From Botryllus schlosseri (lineage: Eukaryota), in assembly GCA_051294905.1 (NCBI GenBank), contig CM119380.1:25916001-25980000 (forward strand): a stretch of 64,000 bases of DNA, given 5' to 3'. Under the pieces are notes generated by a model. That model saw only the letters and a list, made by a program, of their open reading frames with translations. It did no database searches and was not told where the DNA came from. Shown here piece after piece: positions 28,001 to 36,864 of the stretch (the first letter of the stretch is position 1; each line of letters starts with the position of its first letter). The position numbers were made by a program, and so were the translations under genes.

Positions 28001-31000
28001 ATATGTCTTTTGAATTCGAAATTTAATTCGGTTTCACTTTTTTTTCGAATTCGGTAATCCTAATTCTAATTCTAATCTAGTTTTCTAGTTGCCAATTCTG
28101 CTCTTGAGAATTGCATCATCATAACATACATCAAGGTGCATTCTCGCACTGTGCATACCATCCAAGGCCATTGCCCTTCAGAGGCATCACTTCCTCCAAT
28201 AATTCTGACACCGAGTGACCGAGAAGAATCCGACGTAGAGAATGCGTCGTCTGAACTTTGACAGCAACTTTGTCCATCGTAACGTAGTTCCCAGCCTGGT
28301 GGGCATTCCTCTGTAAGATGGGAATTCACGAAAATATTCGAAGTTGGGTTTTTCTGAAGTTACTTACGACTCATGCATTGGTCAAGCGGTGAAACTGCAC
28401 TGCTACAGTAAGAGCATCGGTATTGATCGTTGCATTGTTGCTCTGAGACGCCATTGGCCGTTGGAAAAGGGAAGCAGCGCAGTGTCTCAGTTCCTCCGCA
28501 TGTCTGGGCTGTAGATACGTAGGTAATCGACAATATACTCTACTAGCTTAGGGTTAGCATATTTTCGCTGTACAGAATCAGGAGATTCTTTGCGCCCACT
28601 AGTGGATTTTGAAATGAGGCATGCGAACATTGTTTCCCAGTAAGACGTTGTTACCATATCAATGCCTTGCTTATCTTATGTACACGAATATGCATTTTTG
28701 AGCATAGCGTACCGAATTCACTAGGATATTGAACCATCTCTGGTTTGGGCTCTGTTGATTGCTAGCGGCTAGCGTTGGTGTTATCATTTGGTCTGCAACT
28801 TGACTGGCCGAATGAATAACAGCTCTGCTTTTAATAATATTACCTCGGTACAATTCTGTGGTTGTATGTGGGAATCAGGACATAATTTGTCAGTCACTCC
28901 CTCCACCCCCAGACAAAATATTAAAATAAAATAATAAACACTGGTCTTGGAACCCGACCTCTTCGCGGTCACCAGAAGAAGAAAAAACAGTAAGTAATAA
29001 GTACCACCGGGTTGACACCACTGCATTGACGAAAGCACCCAAATGTGCGTAACTGACACTATAAGGTTATACCGTTACCTCTATAGGCTACCTATAATAA
29101 TGGCCAGTACAATTAGACTTATTTCCGTAAATTATGAGTGTTTTTATTTATTTATTATTGTATTTTTGCGAGGGCTACCGATATTAAAATCAATCTATGT
29201 CCAAATTGTCCAGAGGCACTAAATCGCGCAAGACGCGAAGAAAATTGTCAAGTAGACTAAATATGCCCAAAATATGGTATTGTTTATGTTGGTTTACGAA
29301 AACATTTTGAGCCCCCAATCGGATGGTTTTGGGTGCGCCAGTTGCAACCCTGGGTGTAACGTCTTGCCTACAAACAGTTTGCGCCCCACTTAAACTAAAA
29401 ACTGTTACGATTGCTACCTCTCTTAGAATAAAACGCGAAATGAAGTAACACTTTACTGAAATATACACGACACAACTCAAAAGACCATACGGAATCCATC
29501 ATAGCCAATCCACACTGCATTGCTTCAATTTGCATTTCGCAGCGTACTCAGATGTAGGTCTTTCATATATTCTTTAAGATTGAATCATTGAACTCCTATA
29601 CTTGCATAGAGATGATAGTTCCTACAAAATTAGTATATAATCAGACTATTAGAGTAATCAAAAAGAGTGATTATTGTGATTTAAAAATTCTTAATTACGA
29701 GGTAGCTAATAGATTACTATTTTAACACTCACGTGTGTCCGGCAAGTCTGAAAAAAGATTACACATAGTTATACTCGGGCCACTATAACTTCTAGTGTGC
29801 ATGCTCTTCAAATACTCAAATTGCATATGGAAATATATATAGAATTCGTTATTTCACGTAGTCACCTTCGATTAAAGAATTCAATTGCCAATGTGTGGAC
29901 GTAGATGCAACATTTTAAGTTTCGCTATTTTCCGAGTATGAATATTAATTATTAACTTAGAAGTTAGCTCTCTTAAGAATGGTACGTTTTCTCACCACGA
30001 ACACAATTGTAAGCAGAATTACTGACACACCACGAGCATCCACGGTGCACACATTGGTACGGAGTTAATATCTCTGTCGGCGCGTCCCTGCAGTCGTACT
30101 GGGGTCCCATCCTCTGAGCGCCACATACAGTGCCTTAGGAAAATACAGTGAAGAATGTAGAGAATTGTGACTGACAAGATTTATTACAAACCTTGCATGC
30201 AAGACGGTGACCCCGTAGTGCACCAATGACATCCACTGAGCCAACATTGAACTTGTGTATCCTTCCTCGTAGGGTCTACATAGGAACATTCAGTTCTGGA
30301 ACCAGTCGCCGCACAATTTCCGTCGTATGACATCGGAGCTGAAATGATGGATAATGAAGTTATATATTTTCTTATGCATCAGCACTTGAACAGTATATAG
30401 TTATCTGGTATTTATCCGGAGTCCTGGGCATCGAAATAAAGCTTTAACATACACTGAAGAAAGATGATGACTCACCATGGACTATCTCCTCATCCGTATA
30501 CGGATCTAAATAAACAAATTAAACATAATTTCTTGACCATATATACTTGAAATCACTACCAATGAATCGCACTTTGGAAGCATTTATGTCCCGTGTGATG
30601 TGCACACCAGGAACAACCTGCCTCCCTGCAGATCTTCTTATCTGTTATTGAACCGCCGTTTAGGGTGTTGCACTCTGTATTCGATGACATGTCGACCCAC
30701 GAGCATCCAGCCCCTGAACGTGAATAGGGGGTCAGTATAATATGCGGCATTAACTTATCAGTAATTACTCTTTCCAATATACCTTGGACGCATTTGGTTG
30801 CCAAACTATCACAAAAGTAGCAGCCGTTGTCCCTGCATTCTTGTTCGTTGACGGACACGCTAGCAATCGGACATTCAGATATCTCCTCTATTTCCCGTGA
30901 ACAAGTCAGATCAGATACTCCGACTGCAGAACATAACAACGTTACCTGTTAGTATCTCAGGGTAATTACTCGGTACTCCTGTTAACGTTGATCAAGGGCT

Positions 31001-34000
31001 TGTGTGGTGTATGACGTGTGTGTGTTAGAACTTAGAAGACAATTACTGTTATCAATGATCCGCTTCATGCTTGACTGAGCCAGGATATGGATTACTAACC
31101 TACGTCAGAAGTTTCGCCTTTGTCAAATGTTTTCCCCCTCCTGCTATCAGACTATGCCAAGTTGTCTCAACACTCTAAACTCGCATGTGTACTGCACCCT
31201 ATGATACAGGTGCGGAATTGCGGTAGGCTACGGTATCTATATAATACCGCATTGGACTATACTATAATAGGCCTACTGTTCGAAAAAAATCATGTTACGA
31301 ATAAAAAAAAGCACAGAACCATATCAATTTACTGGTGATAAAAGCGAGTAATGCAGCAACCATTCGACTCATCGTATGAAACTCGTAATAAAATTCATAA
31401 CCATCCCCTGAATTACAGTTCCTATATGTAGTCACAGCGTGACCAAGAGTACTGACAATACATCGACATTACTTCCAATTTATGCATCTCGTGAGTTTGA
31501 AACTATTCGTTGATCCCTGATTAGTTTGCCATACAAGATACTGCAACTGCGTAACTGCATCTGATCGAAAATTGGGACATCCAATATGTAGCAGGATAAC
31601 ATCACACACACAGTGGACCATGTCCGGCACAGCATAAAAGCAAATACTCGCTCGAGCTGGACTGTTTCACAGTGTTGGGATCAAGTCACTACCTTCGAGT
31701 CACGAGTCATTTCGAGTCATTACACATTTTGACTCGAGTCAAGTCAAGTCAATCGATTTTCGAAGGTGACTCGAGTCAAGTCAAGTCACTCGATTTTTGG
31801 AGGTGACTCGAGTCAAGTCGAGTCAAGTCAAGTCAAGTCACGAGTCAAGTCACAATTCAAGTCAAATTGCCTTTTCGAGTTATGAGGCGTGATTACGTCA
31901 TTGTATTTTGCTAGCTGTCTGAAATGCTGATTGAGTGGTCATTGATTTTGAACAGATGACGGAATGTAGAGTTGAATATACACGGAAGCAAGGCGCTGCA
32001 TCGCTCTCATATAAGTAGAACCAATAAACTACGTAAGTAATTGCACAGCCTCAGTTACCAGCCAAAATAGAGAATAGAGAAACGAATTGATAAGATGCAA
32101 TACATTACCCTTTTGCAAACGGAGGCTACACTCGAAGGGGAACCGATCACGCATTCAAAATTAGCAATCAGAATCTTCATAGAATCTGTCCCACTGAAGG
32201 CCTTTCAGCATTCATTGATCACCAACAAGCTAAATTTCTTGCACACATAATTTAGGGTTACCATATTTTCGTTTCACAAATTCCGAACGCTCTTCAGCGC
32301 CCACTGGCGGATTACCAAATCAGGTGTGAGCACATTGTCGACTAATCCTACATCGTTAAGTCATGTTCACGTCACGCTGGTAACATTATTTATCAGCCTA
32401 TTGCCGATGTGCACTGCACCACTGAGTTATATAAACACCGCGTATCCGGTGGTTTCCAACCTTTTATGATCGCGACTTCATTTCCAATTTGAAAATGTGC
32501 CGCAGTCCAGCTCAAAATTTGATGAGCTGATTACTAATTAGAGGTCGGCACATTTGTCCACACTTACTCACGGCCTATTATGGAAGCTAATTACGTTCAA
32601 CATCTCCGCGAACCCCAGAATAAAGGTAAACTACCCCCGGGTTTAAAACCATCATCTTTGAATATAAAGCATCCAAACGGCCTGCCCTAAACCGACTATA
32701 TGAATATATCGTTATTTTGTAATTGCGATTACAATTAGACTTCTTTTGTAGATGAAGGTTATTTATTATTTATTTGTGATCGCAGTTTTTACGAGGGTGG
32801 TAGTCCCCATATTAATACCAGTATATATGACACTAAATCGTGCGCAGCGCGAAGAAATATTTCATGTAGCATAAATCTGCCCAAAAATAATCTTGTTTAT
32901 ATTGATTTACGAAAAAATTATGAGGCCTTCGAAATTTCGGACATTTAGGCATATTTTAGAAATTCCTCCCGGACGCATTTTTTACAGTGAAATTCCGGAC
33001 ATGTCCGGGAAATTCCGGACGTATGGCAACCCTAACATAATCCGAAAACATAATGACAGTGTCGTGAAGTTCAATAACGTTTGAAGATGAAAGAAGTACG
33101 AAAAAAGGAAGACCCTCCGCAACGCTGATGAACAATGTCCTCAATCGGAACGACACCGACATCAGGACATTCTCAAAAGCAGCACTTTCAAGGGAAATTT
33201 AATTTATAACTTAAATCTTTGATGCTCTCTTTTTTGATGAATACTGCCATCACCTCGGTGATGGTGCTCTAAGTCTGAACGCAGACAGAGCTAGACCTAT
33301 ATATATATATAAATTGATATGATACAATTCGAGCCTGCGCCAATGGTTGATAACTATGTAAAGTATTTTCGAATTCAATTGCAATAAAACAATAGATTTT
33401 GTTAAGTTAAGTACACAGAACAGAAATAGACATTTTGCTATTAAATTACTTTACTATACTATAGTTTACGACAACGTAGGTTGTAAGCTTCGATCACTTC
33501 GTTTGCGATCAATATATTTGTGAGAGAACAATGGAGGCTCAGTAAAACGCACGATCATTGAATGATTGGTCGCTCTCGCGGGTTACACCAGCGTTGCGCG
33601 AACAATCCGAACATATGCAAGATACAGTGATTTTCATCGACACTGATTGCTTGATGACTTGAAATTGACTCGTGAATTTTGCTCCGAGTCAGTAGTCAAT
33701 TCGCATTTCTTATAGGCCGAGTCAAGTCAAGTCAAGCCATTTTAGCAAAGTGACTCGAGTCAAGTCAAGTCATGCGAAAAAGTGACTCGAGTCTGACTCG
33801 AGTCAAGTCATGACTAGAGTCATCCCAACACTGCTGTTTCATGATAACAATCGATAACGTAAGATTATACTTACGATGCGGCTACGCATACCTGGATGCT
33901 CTAAAATAGAAACAAGCAAATACGTTAATCATTTCGTATGTACTTTTGTTTGGCGACTTTTAGGGTTTGTTGTGCACTTATTATATGATATATGCCAGCA

Positions 34001-36864
34001 CAGAGATTGAACCAGTGTGATCAGTATCAGTTTATTAACAATTTCATTATTTCAAAACAAACACTACAAGACTGCGATACAATGAAAAGCTAGGACGGTG
34101 TCGAAACGATGGAGTTGTCAATGAAATATGACACCCAGCTAGGACTGGGGGATGTAAAAGGGAGGCATGCACATCGAATGAAAAAAAGGATAATAAAAAA
34201 GTACAAGCGACAAAATGATATGACATGTGACGAAAGGCGAGATCGGTATGTCAGGCCGTGATCCGGTAAACTTAAGGGCGTGCTAGTATTCATTCAGTAG
34301 AGATTGCTTGTATTTCGACTTGAATGTGGACATGCTCGATGACTGTCGGATGACCGGCGGCATATTGTTCCGCACTTCCGTACCGGTAAATTTGATAGAG
34401 CGATGATCTTTCATGTCGACTATGTGATAGGTCAACAAGGTGAACGTGGACGCGCTTGTGTTGTAATTATGCGCTACTGATACCGAGGTAGAGAAGTGAC
34501 CCATAGGAATCGAATGCTAGACGTTACACTTATGCAACTTTGGAACCAAATCTTATATTATGCCGCTCACCCACCAAGTGGTATAAGGAAACGCTATGAT
34601 GAACAAGGGCATCTTTGTTAGTTATCATATGGATGAGGCGATATAGGCATTCAAAATATATTCTCCTTTCAACAATACAGGATAATCAGTAACATCTAGT
34701 CACAAACGTAATTAAATTCATTACCTCTTACGCACTTGAATGGTATGTTATTCGGACACCACGAACAGCTTCGTTGTATACATTGGTACGCGGTTAGAAT
34801 TTCTGTTGGGCTCCTGCGACAATCATACTCGCCATTCACTTTCTGAGTCAAACAGACTTGACCTGCATACGTAATCAACGCGATGACGAAGTGACGTATA
34901 AGCGGCATTTAGTCTCGATATAACATCATTACAGCATCAAGTATAGGCTCTCAGTAACCAGTTATTTACACTCATGGATGGAGTAATTCAACATGCAATC
35001 CCGGAGACAACTATGTATATTATTTTGTTTGTATCATCAGTAAATTGAATAATTTATATTCATATTCAAATTAACCGGACTATTTTCGGCTGACACTCGT
35101 CCGGGGTAATCGTTAGCAAAGAGCGGGGTATTGAAAAGAGCATTAGAAATCAACAGATGTCATACTCGTACCGTTAAAATCATTTATTGAAGTTCTGTAC
35201 CTCCGAGAGTATCTTCAAATATCAGTAAATGTTGAATCCTGGACTAAGTGTCACAATAGGTTTGAAGGTTTGGTGGTACTCTGAAGTATCTTGAAAATTC
35301 GAACTACCTTGAATACATGATGGGTATCCCGTTAGGGGGCACCAGTGACAGCCACTGGCGGCGCAATGAATCCTTTCTTCTGATCTTTCCTGTACCAAGT
35401 ATTCGCATTCAATTCGCATGGTAGCATCGTTGATACAGTTTTCTGTGTTGGCTACAGGTGCTGTAACATCGTAGCATTACATCGCACAATGATCAATGAC
35501 GCCATTTTCCTCGCTAAGCTGGCTATGCATGCAGGATACCCCATTATTTCAACAAATTAATTTCAAATGTGCTAACGCAAACAGTGTTACATGGTTGAAC
35601 ACAGTGACTCGTTACTAAGTAACTAAATTTCCTGTGGCGGAAAGTAAAAGTTACAAGCCTAAGTTCAAGGTTTGTCCCGAATTAACTGGAGATATTGATG
35701 AAAGCTATTCATAGAAAGAAACATCGACTCTCTATGACTGTCTGTTATATTTATGTTGGATATTCTGTGATCAATATGAGAGCCTTGGTTGGGAATTACC
35801 AGTATAGATGAGGATAAGGCGTCGTATTTCGGTAGATATGTGATGGCAGTATGCATATGTGAAATAATGATACTTCGATTTGCGATATCGCTTTGCTATC
35901 TTTGCTTTGTACTTACGCATTATCATATCATCCCTTGATGTCGGATCTATGAAAAATACGTGCAAGAATTTAGCTTTCGGTTACGCTACGGTATTTTATA
36001 GTAGTCTTATATATCTCTACTTTTAAAACACTTGAACCCCGTCTGTAGCTGACACCACGAACAACCCGCATCGTAGCATTTTCGTTTCCTGAAAATCCTT
36101 CCTCCGTTTTCAGCTCTACATTCATTGGCCGAATCCGACATGTTTTTCCACGAGCATCCAACACCTTAAATGGAACATGCGTCGCTTTGTACATCGCCAG
36201 TTCACTGGTTTAGTATGGCATAATGCAGGGTTGGAATGGCTCTCGATTCATGACTCGATTCGAGTCGTAATTTTTCGTTGACTTGACTCGACTTTACTCG
36301 AGTGAATTTCTTAAAATACAAAATGACTCAACTCGACTTGAGTCACTCTGTCTATTGGCTCGACTTGTACTCGAGTAATTGCACATGATTCTATACAAAG
36401 TCATATCAAGACATTCCTTAGGACTGGATTCGTGTCTCTGTATCAAGATCGATACTTGAAAATATGCGCAGAACCTATCCTTTATTTGTTTGTTTGTGAG
36501 AAAAAGAGTATACTATGACAGCAAAAACTATGACTTGGACTTGAAATCGGGTCTCAACACTACGACTTGGACTGGAGCCGTTTCTCTCTGACTTTGACTC
36601 AAACTTTACTTGACTCGAGTCCAGGTAGGACTGACTTGAGGCTTGGATACAACCCTGGTGTAACCCATATCATGCAGGGGACCAGTTTATACGATATCTC
36701 ACAACACATACCTTGTATGCATGATGGGGTGATCCCGTTGCAATAGTAGCAACCATCGCTGTTACATTGCTGTTCCGTCCTGTCGAGTGATACGGTAGTT
36801 GGGCATTCATCGATTTCGTCTGACAGTCGATTGCATTGAAGAGACGACGCCGCGCTTTGTCCTA
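18818..36864 (-). CDS. Gene A: modular S1A (chymotrypsin-family) serine protease, nine six-Cys trefoil-like modules plus a trypsin-like domain; about 720 aa without the unlocated signal exon
   Basis: join(36712-36864, 36021-36164, 35308-35460, 34725-34862, 30783-30923, 30573-30713, 30192-30338, 29996-30133, 28368-28508, 28159-28310, 25920-26020, 24823-24970, 24670-24766, 20914-21071, 18818-19033). All introns are GT-AG and all phases are compatible (2168 nt + 1 nt from the upstream exon). Splicing of the repeat exons to the protease exons is inferred, not observed. Confidence 0.8.
20914..21071 (-). CDS. Gene A protease exon (LQEA...C...ICA...QSACF)
   Basis: 158 bp, phase 1-0. DTDPTTGFASPVLLQEAQLSVQTAAGCASRYLIFDQQFQICATSSLTPQSACF|gtaagt. 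Paralog at 43717-43874. Confidence 0.92.
21505..22100. mobile_element. Fold-back MITE, P/Galileo-like
   Basis: About 270-bp near-perfect inverted arms around a short loop; termini CATAG...CTATG; 7-bp TSD cttccac/ctttcac. Confidence 0.7.
22234..23514. mobile_element. Non-autonomous hAT element with AGTAGA subrepeats
   Basis: TIR CAGAGGTGGTCA/TGACCACCTCTG; perfect 8-bp TSD GAATTACA. A shorter relative lies at 38838-39088. Confidence 0.85.
23791..24588. mobile_element. Internally deleted hAT transposon
   Basis: TIR tatggcgatt/aatcgctcta; TSD accatcac/accatcat. Inverted relative of 11007-12122; contains a transposase remnant. Confidence 0.75.
24127..24318 (+). pseudogene. hAT transposase C-terminal dimerisation-domain remnant
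   Basis: VDNIARMKQHGVSPTVYVQLQYCQPTTAAVERSFSIFGKLLDKDRPFLPEHVRKYLSLYHNKF*. PTTAAVERSFS matches the hAT P-[TS]-S-A-x-x-E-R-x-F-S motif. Confidence 0.8.
24670..24766 (-). CDS. Gene A protease exon (..PLSLP...NCVITGWG)
   Basis: 97 bp, phase 0-1. LFREVPSYATPLSLPMGEDPAPGMNCVITGWG. Paralog at 45481-45577. Confidence 0.9.
24823..24970 (-). CDS. Gene A protease exon (catalytic Asp)
   Basis: 148 bp, phase 2-0. ...FVRAGSIDINLGEDITVAEAIPFPFYTDVFHDIMVLK|gtac. Paralog at 45634-45781. Confidence 0.92.
25920..26020 (-). CDS. Gene A protease exon (catalytic His)
   Basis: 101 bp, phase 0-2. VQYRFPRADGAIGSCGGAIISPKMVMTAAHCKF. Confidence 0.93.
26668..26926. mobile_element. hAT/Charlie-like MITE
   Basis: TIR C(G/A)GTGGTTTTCAAAC; perfect 8-bp TSD TTTTAAAC. 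Confidence 0.85.
27200..28090. repeat. Degenerate direct repeats with TTCTAATCTA/GGAGAT cores
   Basis: About four diverged copies. An inverted homolog occurs near 13520-13950. Boundaries are approximate. Confidence 0.5.
28159..28310 (-). CDS. Gene A activation-peptide exon
   Basis: 152 bp, phase 1-0. ECPPGWELRYDGQSCCQSSDDAFSTSDSSRSLGVR|IIGGSDASEGQWPWM. Confidence 0.93.
28368..28508 (-). CDS. Gene A module e (ninth six-Cys repeat)
   Basis: 141 bp, phase 1-1. QTCGGTETLRCFPFPTANGVSEQQCNDQYRCSYCSSAVSPLDQCMS. A 57-bp intron leads to the activation exon. Confidence 0.85.
29996..30133 (-). CDS. Gene A module d'
   Basis: 138 bp, phase 1-1. TVCGAQRMGPQYDCRDAPTEILTPYQCVHRGCSWCVSNSAYNCVRG. Confidence 0.88.
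30192..30338 (-). CDS. Gene A module c'
   Basis: 147 bp, phase 1-1. PMSYDGNCAATGSRTECSYVDPTRKDTQVQCWLSGCHWCTTGSPSCMQG. Confidence 0.88.
30573..30713 (-). CDS. Gene A module b'
   Basis: 141 bp, phase 1-1. AGCSWVDMSSNTECNTLNGGSITDKKICREAGCSWCAHHTGHKCFQ|gtgcg. Confidence 0.85.
30783..30923 (-). CDS. Gene A module a'
   Basis: 141 bp, phase 1-1. GVSDLTCSREIEEISECPIASVSVNEQECRDNGCYFCDSLATKCVQG. Confidence 0.88.
31670..33833. mobile_element. Non-autonomous hAT element with GACTCGAGTCAAGTCA subterminal arrays
   Basis: TIR CAGTGTTGGGA/TCCCAACACTG; perfect 8-bp TSD CTGTTTCA (31662-31669, 33834-33841). A truncated relative lies near 17810-17935. Confidence 0.88.
32253..33034. mobile_element. Nested hAT MITE (TAGGGTT[A/G]CCAT ends); uninterrupted paralog of the host of the giant palindrome
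   Basis: TIR TAGGGTTACCATA/TATGGCAACCCTA; TSD acataatt/acataatc. Inverted homolog at 48695-49366. Confidence 0.85.
34283..34504 (-). mobile_element. 3' fragment of a LINE ORF2 (CR1/L2-like)
   Basis: HNYNTSAS...SIKFTGTEVRNNMPPVIRQSSSMSTFKSKYKQSLLNEY* resembles the H-x-Y-N-T-R...G..(W)N.LP..IR...S...FK..LK..LL..Y C-terminus of CR1/L2 ORF2. Confidence 0.7.
34725..34862 (-). CDS. Gene A module d
   Basis: 138 bp, phase 1-1. QVCLTQKVNGEYDCRRSPTEILTAYQCIQRSCSWCPNNIPFKCVRG. Confidence 0.88.
35308..35460 (-). CDS. Gene A module c
   Basis: 153 bp, phase 1-1. PVANTENCINDATMRIECEYLVQERSEERIHCAASGCHWCPLTGYPSCIQG. Confidence 0.87.
36021..36164 (-). CDS. Gene A module b
   Basis: 144 bp, phase 1-1. VGCSWKNMSDSANECRAENGGRIFRKRKCYDAGCSWCQLQTGFKCFK|gtag. 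Confidence 0.88.
36226..36657. mobile_element. MITE with CAGGGTTG ends and GACTCGAGT subrepeats
   Basis: cagggttg...caaccctg; no clear TSD. Confidence 0.55.
36712..36864 (-). CDS. Gene A module a
   Basis: 153 bp, phase 1-1. GQSAASSLQCNRLSDEIDECPTTVSLDRTEQQCNSDGCYYCNGITPSCIQG. Confidence 0.88.

Noticed and set aside
28954-29026. Signal-peptide-like exon MQWCQPGGTYYLLFFLLLVTAKRS as first exon of the protease
   Set aside because: The donor is weak (g|gttcca) and upstream module exons already splice in frame. It could be an alternative start, but I have no support.
30556-30572. Stop at 30556 (and at 753) as the end of a separate repeat-only gene
   Set aside because: Two further phase-1 module exons follow at 30192-30338 and 29996-30133. 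The A|gt donor position is shared by all three b-type exons, while the read-through tails are not conserved.
31670-31870. CRISPR-like array of GACTCGAGTCAAGTCA repeats (also 33650-33830, 36240-36650, 17810-17935)
   Set aside because: The repeats are irregular without unique constant-length spacers, lie just inside TIRs of hAT elements, and the DNA is eukaryotic.
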